Positions 26,511 to 41,800 of a stretch of 64,000 bases of DNA are shown piece by piece. A program made the position numbers and the translations under genes. Position 1 is the first letter of the stretch. Every line of letters begins with the position of its first letter. Source of the stretch: Gordius albopunctatus (taxonomy: Eukaryota); contig OZ193910.1 of the NCBI GenBank assembly GCA_964276515.1, positions 7,874,001 through 7,938,000 on the forward strand, in the 5' to 3' direction. The notes beneath the pieces are model-generated. The model did not search any database. It was not told where the DNA came from and saw only the letters and a program-made list of their open reading frames with translations.

Positions 26511-26815
26511 ACAATATCGCTTTATAAGCGTGTCTCTACTTTTAGTGAAACAAGCTCTATGCGATGGTGATTCAGAGTTAATAATTTTTGATGACTGATC
26601 AAAAAAATGTTTTTCAAGGAATTCACCTCTTATACCGAAAACTTTCATGAGAGCTATATGGTTGAACAAAAAAATTGAAAAAATTTTGAGGTCGAAAAAA
26701 ATATTATTTTTCAAATTCTTTCGAAAGGGAGATGAAAAAATCTTTAAAAGTTAGTAAATATTGCGATGTTTGAGATTGAGAGAAATTAAAATTTTCGTGT
26801 GGCGTTTAGATTGTT
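26511..26815 (+). repeat. Truncated monomer (305 bp; 47-bp deletion)
   Basis: The junction agtaaatatt|gcgatgtttgag lies at 26762/26763. The missing sequence is cttagcattttgtccttgttagaatcttgataggaatttttgcgttg. Confidence 0.93.
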
Positions 26816-29800
26816 TCAATATCGCTTTATAAGCGTGTCTCTAGTTTTAGTGAAACAAGCTCTATGCGATGGTGATTCAGAGTTAATAATTTTTGATGAC
26901 TGATCAAAAAAATGTTTTTCAAGGAATTCACCTCTTATACCGAAAACTTTCATGAGAACTATATGGTTGAACAAAAAAATTGAAAAAATTTTGAGGTCGA
27001 AAAAAATATTATTTTTCATATTGTTTCGAAAAGGAGATGAAAAAATCTTTAAAAGTTAGTAAATATTCTTAGCATTTTGTCCTTTCTTGATAGGAATTTT
27101 TGCGTGGGGGATGTTTGAGATTGAGAGAAATTAAAATTTTCGTGTTGCGTTTAGATTGATTCAATTTCGCTTTATAAGCGTGTCTCTAGTTTTAGTGAAA
27201 CAAGCTCTATGCGATCGTGATTTAGAGTTAATAATTTTTGATGACTGATCAAAAAAATGTTTTTCAAGGAATTCATCTCTTATACGGAAAACTTTCATGA
27301 GAGCTATATGGTTGAACAAAAAAATTGAAAAAATTTTGAGGTCGAAAAAAATATTATTTTTCAAATTCTTTCGAAAGGGAGATGAAAAAATCTTTAAAAG
27401 TTAGTAAATATTCTTAGCATTTTGTCCTTGTTAGAATCTTGATAGGAATTTTTGCGTTGGCGATGTTTGAGATTGAGAGAAATTAAAATTTTCGTGTGGC
27501 GTTTAGATTGTTTCAATATCGCTTTATAAGCGTGTCTCTAGTTTTAGTGAAACAAGCTCTATGCGATGGTGATTCAGAGTTAATAATTTTTGATGACTGA
27601 TCAAAAAAATGTTTTTCAAGGAATTCACCTCTTATACCGAAAACTTTCATGAGAACTATATGGTTGAACAAAAAAATTGAAAAAATTTTGAGGTCGAAAA
27701 AAATATTATTTTTCATATTGTTTCGAAAAGGAGATGAAAAAATCTTTAAAAGTTAGTAAATATTCTTAGCATTTTGTCCTTTCTTGATAGGAATTTTTGC
27801 GTGGGGGATGTTTGAGATTGAGAGAAATTAAAATTTTCGTGTTGCGTTTAGATTGATTCAATTTCGCTTTATAAGCGTGTCTCTAGTTTTAGTGAAACAA
27901 GCTCTATGCGATGGTGATTCAGAGTTAATAATTTTTGATGACTGATCAAAAAAATGTTTTTCAAGGAATTCACCTCTTATACCGAAAACTTTCATGAGAA
28001 CTATATGGTTGAACAAAAAAATTGAAAAAATTTTGAGGTCGAAAAAAATATTTTTTTTCATATTCTTTCGAAAGGGAGATGAAAAAATCTTTAAAAGTTA
28101 GTAAATATTCTTAGAATTTTGTCCTTGTTAGAATCTTGATAGGAATTTTTGCGTTGGCGATGTTTGAGATTGAGAGAAATTAAAATTTTCGTGTTGCGTT
28201 TAGATTGATTCAATTTCGCTTTATAAGCGTGTCTCTAGTTTTAGTGAAACAAGCTCTATGCGATCGTGATTTAGAGTTAATAATTTTTGATGACTGATCA
28301 AAAAAATGTTTTTCAAGGAATTCATCTCTTATACGGAAAACTTTCATGAGAGCTATATGGTTGAACAAAAAAATTGAAAAAATTTTGAGGTCGAAAAAAA
28401 TATTTTTTTTCATATTCTTTCGAAAGGGAGATGAAAAAATCTTTAAAAGTTAGTAAATATTCTTAGCATTTTGTCCTTGTTAGAATCTTGATAGAAATTT
28501 ATGCGTGGGGGGATGTTTTAGATTGAGAGAAATTAAAATTTAGGTGTTGCGTTTATATTGTTACAATATCGCTTTATAAGCGTGTCTCTACTTTTAGTGA
28601 AACAAGCTCTATGCGATGGTGATTCAGAGTTAATAATTTTTGATGACTGATCAAAAAAATGTTTTTCAAGGAATTCACCTCTTATACCGAAAACTTTCAT
28701 GAGAGCTATATGGTTGAACAAAAAAATTGAAAAAATTTTGAGGTCGAAAAAAATATTATTTTTCAAATTCTTTCGAAAGGGAGATGAAAAAATCTTTAAA
28801 AGTTAGTAAATATTCTTAGAATTTTGTCCTTGTTAGAATCTTGATAGGAATTTTTGCGTTGGCGATGTTTGAGATTGAGAGAAATTAAAATTTTCGTGTG
28901 GCGTTTAGATTGTTTCAATATCGCTTTATAAGCGTGTCTCTAGTTTTAGTGAAACAAGCTCTATGCGATGGTGATTCAGAGTTAATAATTTTTGATGACT
29001 GATCAAAAAAATTTTTTTCAAGGAATTCACCTCTTATACCGAAAACTTTCATGAGAACTATATGGTTGAACAAAAAAATTGAAAAAATTTTGAGGTCGAA
29101 AAAAATATTTTTTTTCATATTCTTTCGAAAGGGAGATGAAAAAATCTTTAAAAGTTAGTAAATATTCTTAGCATTTTGTCCTTGTTAGAATCTTGATAGA
29201 AATTTATGCGTGGGGGGATGTTTTAGATTGAGAGAAATTAAAATTTAGGTGTTGCGTTTATATTGTTACAATATCGCTTTATAAGCGTGTCTCTACTTTT
29301 AGTGAAACAAGCTCTATGCGATGGTGATTCAGAGTTAATAATTTTTGATGACTGATCAAAAAAATGTTTTTCAAGGAATTCACCTCTTATACCGAAAACT
29401 TTCATGAGAACTATATGGTTGAACAAAAAAATTGAAAAAATTTTGAGGTCGAAAAAAATATTATTTTTCATATTGTTTCGAAAAGGAGATGAAAAAATCT
29501 TTAAAAGTTAGTAAATATTCTTAGCATTTTGTCCTTTCTTGATAGGAATTTTTGCGTGGGGGATGTTTGAGATTGAGAGAAATTAAAATTTTCGTGTTGC
29601 GTTTAGATTGATTCAATTTCGCTTTATAAGCGTGTCTCTAGTTTTAGTGAAACAAGCTCTATGCGATCGTGATTTAGAGTTAATAATTTTTGATGACTGA
29701 TCAAAAAAATGTTTTTCAAGGAATTCACCTCTTATACGGAAAACTTTCATGAGAGCTATATGGTTGAACAAAAAAAATTAAAACAATTTTGAGGTCGAAA

Positions 29801-32800
29801 AAAATATTATTTTTCATATTCTTTCGAAAGGGAGATGAAAAAATCTTTAAAAGTTAGTAAATATTCTTAGCATTTTGTCCTTTCTTGATAGGAATTTTTG
29901 CGTGGGGGATGTTTGAGATTGAGAGAAATTAAAATTTTCGTGTTGCGTTTAGATTGATTCAATATCGCTTTATAAGCGTGTCTCTAGTTTTAATGAAACA
30001 AGCTCTATGCGATGGTGATTCAGAGTTAATAATTTTTGATGACTGATCAAAAAAATGTTTTTCAAGGAATTCACCTCTTATACCGAAAACTTTCATCAGA
30101 ACTATATGGTTGAACAAAAAAATTGAAAAAATTTTGAGGTCGAAAAAAATATTATTTTTCATATTCTTTCGAAAAGGAGATGAAAAAATCTTTAAAAGTT
30201 AGTAAATATTCTTAGCATTTTGTCCTTGTTAGAATCTTGATAGGAATTTATGCGTGGGGGGATGTTTGAGATTGAGAGAAATTAAAATTTTCGTGCTGCG
30301 TTTAGATTGTTTCAATATCGCTTTATAAGCGTGTCTCTAGTTTTAGTGAAACAAGCTCTATGCGATCGTGATTTAGAGTTAATAATTTTTGATGACTGAT
30401 CAAAAAAATGTTTTTCAAGGAATTCACCTCTTATACCGAAAACTTTCATGAGAGCTATATGGTTGAACAAAAAAATTGAAAAAATTTTGAGGTCGAAAAA
30501 AATATTATTTTTCAAATTCTTTCGAAAGGGAGATTAAAAAATCTTTAAAAGTTAGTAAATATTCTTAGAATTTTGTCCTTGTTAGAATCTTGATAGGAAT
30601 TTTTGCGTTGGCGATGTTTGAGATTGAGAGAAATTAAAATTTTCGTGTGGCGTTTAGATTGATTCAATATCGCTTTATAAGCGTGTCTCTAGTTTTAGTG
30701 AAACAAGCTCTATGCGATCGTGATTTAGAGTTAATAATTTTTGATGACTGATCAAAAAAATGTTTTTCAAGGAATTCACCTCTTATACCGAAAACTTTCA
30801 TGAGAGCTATATGGTTGAACAAAAAAATTGAAAAAATTTTGAGGTCGAAAAAAATATTATTTTTCATATTCTTTCGAAAGGGAGATGAAAAAATCTTTAA
30901 AAGTTAGTAAATATTCTTAGCATTTTGTCCTTGTTAGAATCTTGATAGGAATTTTTGCGTGGGTGGATGTTTTAGATTGAGAGAAATTAAAATTTAGGTG
31001 TTGCGTTTAGATTGATTCAATTTCGCTTTATAAGCGTGTCTCTAGTTTTAGTGAAACAAGCTCTATGCGATCGTGATTTAGAGTTAATAATTTTTGATGA
31101 CTGATCAAAAAAATGTTTTTCAAGGAATTCACCTCTTATACGGAAAACTTTCATGAGAGCTATATGGTTGAACAAAAAAAATTAAAACAATTTTGAGGTC
31201 GAAAAAAATATTATTTTTCATATTCTTTCGAAAGGGAGATGAAAAAATCTTTAAAAGTTAGTAAATATTCTTAGCATTTTGTCCTTTCTTGATAGGAATT
31301 TTTGCGTGGGGGATGTTTGAGATTGAGAGAAATTAAAATTTTCGTGTTGCGTTTAGATTGATTCAATATCGCTTTATAAGCGTGTCTCTAGTTTTAATGA
31401 AACAAGCTCTATGCGATGGTGATTCAGAGTTAATAATTTTTGATGACTGATCAAAAAAATGTTTTTCAAGGAATTCACCTCTTATACCGAAAACTTTCAT
31501 CAGAACTATATGGTTGAACAAAAAAATTGAAAAAATTTTGAGGTCGAAAAAAATATTATTTTTCATATTCTTTCGAAAAGGAGATGAAAAAATCTTTAAA
31601 AGTTAGTAAATATTCTTAGCATTTTGTCCTTGTTAGAATCTTGATAGGAATTTATGCGTGGGGGGATGTTTGAGATTGAGAGAAATTAAAATTTTCGTGC
31701 TGCGTTTAGATTGTTTCAATATCGCTTTATAAGCGTGTCTCTAGTTTTAGTGAAACAAGCTCTATGCGATCGTGATTTAGAGTTAATAATTTTTGATGAC
31801 TGATCAAAAATATGTTTTTCAAGGAATTCACCTCTTATACCGAAAACTTTCATGAGAGCTATATGGTTGAACAAAAAAATTGAAAAAATTTTGAGGTCGA
31901 AAAAAATATTATTTTTCATATTCTTTCGAAAGGGAGATGAAAAAATCTTTAAAAGTTAGTAAATATTCTTAGCATTTTGTCCTTGTTAGAATCTTGATAG
32001 GAATTTTTGCGTGGGTGGATGTTTTAGATTGAGAGAAATTAAAATTTAGGTGTTGCGTTTATATTGTTTCAATATCGCTTTATAAGCGTGTCTCTAGTTT
32101 TAGTGAAACAAGCTCTATGCGATGGTGATTCAGAGTTAATAATTTTTGATGACTGATCAAAAAAATGTTTTTCAAGGAATTCACCTCTTATACCGAAAAC
32201 TTTCATGAGAACTATATGGTTGAACAAAAAAATTGAAAAAATTTTGAGGTCGAAAAAAATATTATTTTTCATATTGTTTCGAAAAGGAGATGAAAAAATC
32301 TTTAAAAGTTAGTAAATATTCTTAGCATTTTGTCCTTTCTTGATAGGAATTTTTGCGTGGGGGCTATTTGAGATTGAGAGAAATTAAAATTTCCGTGTGG
32401 CGTTTAGATTGATTCAATATCGTTTTATAAGCGTGTCTCTAGTTTTAGTGAAACAAGCTCTATGCGATCGTGATTTAGAGTTAATAATTTTTGATGACTG
32501 ATCAAAAAAATGTTTTTCAAGGAATTCATCTCTTATACGGAAAACTTTCATGAGAGCTATATGGTTGAACAAAAAAATTGAAAAAATTTTGAGGTCGAAA
32601 AAAATATTTTTTTTCATATTCTTTCGAAAGGGAGATGAAAAAATCTTTAAAAGTTATTAAATATTCTTAGCATTTTGTCCTTGTTAGAATCTTGATAGGA
32701 ATTTTTGCGTGGGTGGATGTTTTAGATTGAGAGAAATTAAAATTTAGGTGTTGCGTTTATATTGTTTCAATATCGCTTTATAAGCGTGTCTCTAGTTTTA

Positions 32801-35800
32801 GTGAAACAAGCTCTATGCGATCGTGATTTAGAGTTAATAATTTTTGATGACTGATCAAAGAAATGTTTTTCAAGGAATTCACCTCTTATACCGAAAACTT
32901 TCATGAGAGCTATATGGTTGAACAAAAAAATTGAAAAAATTTTGAGGTCGAAAAAAATATTATTTTTCAAATTCTTTCGAAAGGGAGATGAAAAAATCTT
33001 TAAAAGTTAGTAAATATTCTTAGCATTTTGTCCTTGTTAGAATCTTGATAGGAATTTTTGCGTTGGCGATGTTTGAGATTGAGAGAAATTAAAATTTTCG
33101 TGTGGCGTTTAGATTGTTTCAATATCGCTTTATAAGCGTGTCTCTAGTTTTAGTGAAACAAGCTCTATGCGATGGTGATTCAGAGTTAATAATTTTTGAT
33201 GACTGATCAAAAAAATGTTTTTCAAGGAATTCACCTCTTATACCGAAAACTTTCATGAGAACTATATGGTTGAACAAAAAAATTGAAAAAATTTTGAGGT
33301 CGAAAAAAATATTATTTTTCATATTGTTTCGAAAAGGAGATGAAAAAATCTTTAAAAGTTAGTAAATATTCTTAGCATTTTGTCCTTTCTTGATAGGAAT
33401 TTTTGCGTGGGGGATGTTTGAGATTGAGAGAAATTAAAATTTTCGTGTTGCGTTTAGATTGATTCAATTTCGCTTTATAAGCGTGTCTCTAGTTTTAGTG
33501 AAACAAGCTCTATGCGATCGTGATTTAGAGTTAATAATTTTTGATGACTGATCAAAAAAATGTTTTTCAAGGAATTCATCTCTTATACGGAAAACTTTCA
33601 TGAGAGCTATATGGTTGAACAAAAAAATTGAAAAAATTTTGAGGTCGAAAAAAATATTATTTTTCAAATTCTTTCGAAAGGGAGATGAAAAAATCTTTAA
33701 AAGTTAGTAAATATTCTTAGCATTTTGTCCTTGTTAGAATCTTGATAGGAATTTTTGCGTTGGCGATGTTTGAGATTGAGAGAAATTAAAATTTTCGTGT
33801 GGCGTTTAGATTGTTTCAATATCGCTTTATAAGCGTGTCTCTAGTTTTAGTGAAACAAGCTCTATGCGATGGTGATTCAGAGTTAATAATTTTTGATGAC
33901 TGATCAAAAAAATGTTTTTCAAGGAATTCACCTCTTATACCGAAAACTTTCATGAGAACTATATGGTTGAACAAAAAAATTGAAAAAATTTTGAGGTCGA
34001 AAAAAATATTATTTTTCATATTGTTTCGAAAAGGAGATGAAAAAATCTTTAAAAGTTAGTAAATATTCTTAGCATTTTGTCCTTTCTTGATAGGAATTTT
34101 TGCGTGGGGGATGTTTGAGATTGAGAGAAATTAAAATTTTCGTGTTGCGTTTAGATTGATTCAATTTCGCTTTATAAGCGTGTCTCTAGTTTTAGTGAAA
34201 CAAGCTCTATGCGATGGTGATTCAGAGTTAATAATTTTTGATGACTGATCAAAAAAATGTTTTTCAAGGAATTCACCTCTTATACCGAAAACTTTCATGA
34301 GAACTATATGGTTGAACAAAAAAATTGAAAAAATTTTGAGGTCGAAAAAAATATTTTTTTTCATATTCTTTCGAAAGGGAGATGAAAAAATCTTTAAAAG
34401 TTAGTAAATATTCTTAGAATTTTGTCCTTGTTAGAATCTTGATAGGAATTTTTGCGTTGGCGATGTTTGAGATTGAGAGAAATTAAAATTTTCGTGTTGC
34501 GTTTAGATTGATTCAATTTCGCTTTATAAGCGTGTCTCTAGTTTTAGTGAAACAAGCTCTATGCGATCGTGATTTAGAGTTAATAATTTTTGATGACTGA
34601 TCAAAAAAATGTTTTTCAAGGAATTCATCTCTTATACGGAAAACTTTCATGAGAGCTATATGGTTGAACAAAAAAATTGAAAAAATTTTGAGGTCGAAAA
34701 AAATATTTTTTTTCATATTCTTTCGAAAGGGAGATGAAAAAATCTTTAAAAGTTAGTAAATATTCTTAGCATTTTGTCCTTGTTAGAATCTTGATAGAAA
34801 TTTATGCGTGGGGGGATGTTTTAGATTGAGAGAAATTAAAATTTAGGTGTTGCGTTTATATTGTTACAATATCGCTTTATAAGCGTGTCTCTACTTTTAG
34901 TGAAACAAGCTCTATGCGATGGTGATTCAGAGTTAATAATTTTTGATGACTGATCAAAAAAATGTTTTTCAAGGAATTCACCTCTTATACCGAAAACTTT
35001 CATGAGAGCTATATGGTTGAACAAAAAAATTGAAAAAATTTTGAGGTCGAAAAAAATATTATTTTTCAAATTCTTTCGAAAGGGAGATGAAAAAATCTTT
35101 AAAAGTTAGTAAATATTCTTAGAATTTTGTCCTTGTTAGAATCTTGATAGGAATTTTTGCGTTGGCGATGTTTGAGATTGAGAGAAATTAAAATTTTCGT
35201 GTGGCGTTTAGATTGTTTCAATATCGCTTTATAAGCGTGTCTCTAGTTTTAGTGAAACAAGCTCTATGCGATGGTGATTCAGAGTTAATAATTTTTGATG
35301 ACTGATCAAAAAAATTTTTTTCAAGGAATTCACCTCTTATACCGAAAACTTTCATGAGAACTATATGGTTGAACAAAAAAATTGAAAAAATTTTGAGGTC
35401 GAAAAAAATATTTTTTTTCATATTCTTTCGAAAGGGAGATGAAAAAATCTTTAAAAGTTAGTAAATATTCTTAGCATTTTGTCCTTGTTAGAATCTTGAT
35501 AGAAATTTATGCGTGGGGGGATGTTTTAGATTGAGAGAAATTAAAATTTAGGTGTTGCGTTTATATTGTTACAATATCGCTTTATAAGCGTGTCTCTACT
35601 TTTAGTGAAACAAGCTCTATGCGATGGTGATTCAGAGTTAATAATTTTTGATGACTGATCAAAAAAATGTTTTTCAAGGAATTCACCTCTTATACCGAAA
35701 ACTTTCATGAGAACTATATGGTTGAACAAAAAAATTGAAAAAATTTTGAGGTCGAAAAAAATATTATTTTTCATATTGTTTCGAAAAGGAGATGAAAAAA

Positions 35801-38800
35801 TCTTTAAAAGTTAGTAAATATTCTTAGCATTTTGTCCTTTCTTGATAGGAATTTTTGCGTGGGGGATGTTTGAGATTGAGAGAAATTAAAATTTTCGTGT
35901 TGCGTTTAGATTGATTCAATTTCGCTTTATAAGCGTGTCTCTAGTTTTAGTGAAACAAGCTCTATGCGATCGTGATTTAGAGTTAATAATTTTTGATGAC
36001 TGATCAAAAAAATGTTTTTCAAGGAATTCACCTCTTATACGGAAAACTTTCATGAGAGCTATATGGTTGAACAAAAAAAATTAAAACAATTTTGAGGTCG
36101 AAAAAAATATTATTTTTCATATTCTTTCGAAAGGGAGATGAAAAAATCTTTAAAAGTTAGTAAATATTCTTAGCATTTTGTCCTTTCTTGATAGGAATTT
36201 TTGCGTGGGGGATGTTTGAGATTGAGAGAAATTAAAATTTTCGTGTTGCGTTTAGATTGATTCAATATCGCTTTATAAGCGTGTCTCTAGTTTTAATGAA
36301 ACAAGCTCTATGCGATGGTGATTCAGAGTTAATAATTTTTGATGACTGATCAAAAAAATGTTTTTCAAGGAATTCACCTCTTATACCGAAAACTTTCATC
36401 AGAACTATATGGTTGAACAAAAAAATTGAAAAAATTTTGAGGTCGAAAAAAATATTATTTTTCATATTCTTTCGAAAAGGAGATGAAAAAATCTTTAAAA
36501 GTTAGTAAATATTCTTAGCATTTTGTCCTTGTTAGAATCTTGATAGGAATTTATGCGTGGGGGGATGTTTGAGATTGAGAGAAATTAAAATTTTCGTGCT
36601 GCGTTTAGATTGTTTCAATATCGCTTTATAAGCGTGTCTCTAGTTTTAGTGAAACAAGCTCTATGCGATCGTGATTTAGAGTTAATAATTTTTGATGACT
36701 GATCAAAAAAATGTTTTTCAAGGAATTCACCTCTTATACCGAAAACTTTCATGAGAGCTATATGGTTGAACAAAAAAATTGAAAAAATTTTGAGGTCGAA
36801 AAAAATATTATTTTTCAAATTCTTTCGAAAGGGAGATTAAAAAATCTTTAAAAGTTAGTAAATATTCTTAGAATTTTGTCCTTGTTAGAATCTTGATAGG
36901 AATTTTTGCGTTGGCGATGTTTGAGATTGAGAGAAATTAAAATTTTCGTGTGGCGTTTAGATTGATTCAATATCGCTTTATAAGCGTGTCTCTAGTTTTA
37001 GTGAAACAAGCTCTATGCGATCGTGATTTAGAGTTAATAATTTTTGATGACTGATCAAAAAAATGTTTTTCAAGGAATTCACCTCTTATACCGAAAACTT
37101 TCATGAGAGCTATATGGTTGAACAAAAAAATTGAAAAAATTTTGAGGTCGAAAAAAATATTATTTTTCAAATTCTTTCGAAAGGGAGATGAAAAAATCTT
37201 TAAAAGTTAGTAAATATTCTTAGCATTTTGTCCTTGTTAGAATCTTGATAGGAATTTTTGCGTTGGCGATGTTTGAGATTGAGAGAAATTAAAATTTTCG
37301 TGTGGCGTTTAGATTGTTTCAATATCGCTTTATAAGCGTGTCTCTAGTTTTAGTGAAACAAGCTCTATGCGATGGTGATTCAGAGTTAATAATTTTTGAT
37401 GACTGATCAAAAAAATGTTTTTCAAGGAATTCACCTCTTATACCGAAAACTTTCATGAGAACTATATGGTTGAACAAAAAAATTGAAAAAATTTTGAGGT
37501 CGAAAAAAATATTATTTTTCATATTGTTTCGAAAAGGAGATGAAAAAATCTTTAAAAGTTAGTAAATATTCTTAGCATTTTGTCCTTTCTTGATAGGAAT
37601 TTTTGCGTGGGGGATGTTTGAGATTGAGAGAAATTAAAATTTTCGTGTTGCGTTTAGATTGATTCAATTTCGCTTTATAAGCGTGTCTCTAGTTTTAGTG
37701 AAACAAGCTCTATGCGATCGTGATTTAGAGTTAATAATTTTTGATGACTGATCAAAAAAATGTTTTTCAAGGAATTCATCTCTTATACGGAAAACTTTCA
37801 TGAGAGCTATATGGTTGAACAAAAAAATTGAAAAAATTTTGAGGTCGAAAAAAATATTATTTTTCAAATTCTTTCGAAAGGGAGATGAAAAAATCTTTAA
37901 AAGTTAGTAAATATTCTTAGCATTTTGTCCTTGTTAGAATCTTGATAGGAATTTTTGCGTTGGCGATGTTTGAGATTGAGAGAAATTAAAATTTTCGTGT
38001 GGCGTTTAGATTGTTTCAATATCGCTTTATAAGCGTGTCTCTAGTTTTAGTGAAACAAGCTCTATGCGATGGTGATTCAGAGTTAATAATTTTTGATGAC
38101 TGATCAAAAAAATGTTTTTCAAGGAATTCACCTCTTATACCGAAAACTTTCATGAGAACTATATGGTTGAACAAAAAAATTGAAAAAATTTTGAGGTCGA
38201 AAAAAATATTATTTTTCATATTGTTTCGAAAAGGAGATGAAAAAATCTTTAAAAGTTAGTAAATATTCTTAGCATTTTGTCCTTTCTTGATAGGAATTTT
38301 TGCGTGGGGGATGTTTGAGATTGAGAGAAATTAAAATTTTCGTGTTGCGTTTAGATTGATTCAATTTCGCTTTATAAGCGTGTCTCTAGTTTTAGTGAAA
38401 CAAGCTCTATGCGATGGTGATTCAGAGTTAATAATTTTTGATGACTGATCAAAAAAATGTTTTTCAAGGAATTCACCTCTTATACCGAAAACTTTCATGA
38501 GAACTATATGGTTGAACAAAAAAATTGAAAAAATTTTGAGGTCGAAAAAAATATTTTTTTTCATATTCTTTCGAAAGGGAGATGAAAAAATCTTTAAAAG
38601 TTAGTAAATATTCTTAGAATTTTGTCCTTGTTAGAATCTTGATAGGAATTTTTGCGTTGGCGATGTTTGAGATTGAGAGAAATTAAAATTTTCGTGTTGC
38701 GTTTAGATTGATTCAATTTCGCTTTATAAGCGTGTCTCTAGTTTTAGTGAAACAAGCTCTATGCGATCGTGATTTAGAGTTAATAATTTTTGATGACTGA

Positions 38801-41800
38801 TCAAAAAAATGTTTTTCAAGGAATTCATCTCTTATACGGAAAACTTTCATGAGAGCTATATGGTTGAACAAAAAAATTGAAAAAATTTTGAGGTCGAAAA
38901 AAATATTTTTTTTCATATTCTTTCGAAAGGGAGATGAAAAAATCTTTAAAAGTTAGTAAATATTCTTAGCATTTTGTCCTTGTTAGAATCTTGATAGAAA
39001 TTTATGCGTGGGGGGATGTTTTAGATTGAGAGAAATTAAAATTTAGGTGTTGCGTTTATATTGTTACAATATCGCTTTATAAGCGTGTCTCTACTTTTAG
39101 TGAAACAAGCTCTATGCGATGGTGATTCAGAGTTAATAATTTTTGATGACTGATCAAAAAAATGTTTTTCAAGGAATTCACCTCTTATACCGAAAACTTT
39201 CATGAGAGCTATATGGTTGAACAAAAAAATTGAAAAAATTTTGAGGTCGAAAAAAATATTATTTTTCAAATTCTTTCGAAAGGGAGATGAAAAAATCTTT
39301 AAAAGTTAGTAAATATTCTTAGAATTTTGTCCTTGTTAGAATCTTGATAGGAATTTTTGCGTTGGCGATGTTTGAGATTGAGAGAAATTAAAATTTTCGT
39401 GTGGCGTTTAGATTGTTTCAATATCGCTTTATAAGCGTGTCTCTAGTTTTAGTGAAACAAGCTCTATGCGATGGTGATTCAGAGTTAATAATTTTTGATG
39501 ACTGATCAAAAAAATTTTTTTCAAGGAATTCACCTCTTATACCGAAAACTTTCATGAGAACTATATGGTTGAACAAAAAAATTGAAAAAATTTTGAGGTC
39601 GAAAAAAATATTTTTTTTCATATTCTTTCGAAAGGGAGATGAAAAAATCTTTAAAAGTTAGTAAATATTCTTAGCATTTTGTCCTTGTTAGAATCTTGAT
39701 AGAAATTTATGCGTGGGGGGATGTTTTAGATTGAGAGAAATTAAAATTTAGGTGTTGCGTTTATATTGTTACAATATCGCTTTATAAGCGTGTCTCTACT
39801 TTTAGTGAAACAAGCTCTATGCGATGGTGATTCAGAGTTAATAATTTTTGATGACTGATCAAAAAAATGTTTTTCAAGGAATTCACCTCTTATACCGAAA
39901 ACTTTCATGAGAACTATATGGTTGAACAAAAAAATTGAAAAAATTTTGAGGTCGAAAAAAATATTATTTTTCATATTGTTTCGAAAAGGAGATGAAAAAA
40001 TCTTTAAAAGTTAGTAAATATTCTTAGCATTTTGTCCTTTCTTGATAGGAATTTTTGCGTGGGGGATGTTTGAGATTGAGAGAAATTAAAATTTTCGTGT
40101 TGCGTTTAGATTGATTCAATTTCGCTTTATAAGCGTGTCTCTAGTTTTAGTGAAACAAGCTCTATGCGATCGTGATTTAGAGTTAATAATTTTTGATGAC
40201 TGATCAAAAAAATGTTTTTCAAGGAATTCACCTCTTATACGGAAAACTTTCATGAGAGCTATATGGTTGAACAAAAAAAATTAAAACAATTTTGAGGTCG
40301 AAAAAAATATTATTTTTCATATTCTTTCGAAAGGGAGATGAAAAAATCTTTAAAAGTTAGTAAATATTCTTAGCATTTTGTCCTTTCTTGATAGGAATTT
40401 TTGCGTGGGGGATGTTTGAGATTGAGAGAAATTAAAATTTTCGTGTTGCGTTTAGATTGATTCAATATCGCTTTATAAGCGTGTCTCTAGTTTTAATGAA
40501 ACAAGCTCTATGCGATGGTGATTCAGAGTTAATAATTTTTGATGACTGATCAAAAAAATGTTTTTCAAGGAATTCACCTCTTATACCGAAAACTTTCATC
40601 AGAACTATATGGTTGAACAAAAAAATTGAAAAAATTTTGAGGTCGAAAAAAATATTATTTTTCATATTCTTTCGAAAAGGAGATGAAAAAATCTTTAAAA
40701 GTTAGTAAATATTCTTAGCATTTTGTCCTTGTTAGAATCTTGATAGGAATTTATGCGTGGGGGGATGTTTGAGATTGAGAGAAATTAAAATTTTCGTGCT
40801 GCGTTTAGATTGTTTCAATATCGCTTTATAAGCGTGTCTCTAGTTTTAGTGAAACAAGCTCTATGCGATCGTGATTTAGAGTTAATAATTTTTGATGACT
40901 GATCAAAAAAATGTTTTTCAAGGAATTCACCTCTTATACCGAAAACTTTCATGAGAGCTATATGGTTGAACAAAAAAATTGAAAAAATTTTGAGGTCGAA
41001 AAAAATATTATTTTTCAAATTCTTTCGAAAGGGAGATTAAAAAATCTTTAAAAGTTAGTAAATATTCTTAGAATTTTGTCCTTGTTAGAATCTTGATAGG
41101 AATTTTTGCGTTGGCGATGTTTGAGATTGAGAGAAATTAAAATTTTCGTGTGGCGTTTAGATTGATTCAATATCGCTTTATAAGCGTGTCTCTAGTTTTA
41201 GTGAAACAAGCTCTATGCGATCGTGATTTAGAGTTAATAATTTTTGATGACTGATCAAAAAAATGTTTTTCAAGGAATTCACCTCTTATACCGAAAACTT
41301 TCATGAGAGCTATATGGTTGAACAAAAAAATTGAAAAAATTTTGAGGTCGAAAAAAATATTATTTTTCATATTCTTTCGAAAGGGAGATGAAAAAATCTT
41401 TAAAAGTTAGTAAATATTCTTAGCATTTTGTCCTTGTTAGAATCTTGATAGGAATTTTTGCGTGGGTGGATGTTTTAGATTGAGAGAAATTAAAATTTAG
41501 GTGTTGCGTTTAGATTGATTCAATTTCGCTTTATAAGCGTGTCTCTAGTTTTAGTGAAACAAGCTCTATGCGATCGTGATTTAGAGTTAATAATTTTTGA
41601 TGACTGATCAAAAAAATGTTTTTCAAGGAATTCACCTCTTATACGGAAAACTTTCATGAGAGCTATATGGTTGAACAAAAAAAATTAAAACAATTTTGAG
41701 GTCGAAAAAAATATTATTTTTCATATTCTTTCGAAAGGGAGATGAAAAAATCTTTAAAAGTTAGTAAATATTCTTAGCATTTTGTCCTTTCTTGATAGGA

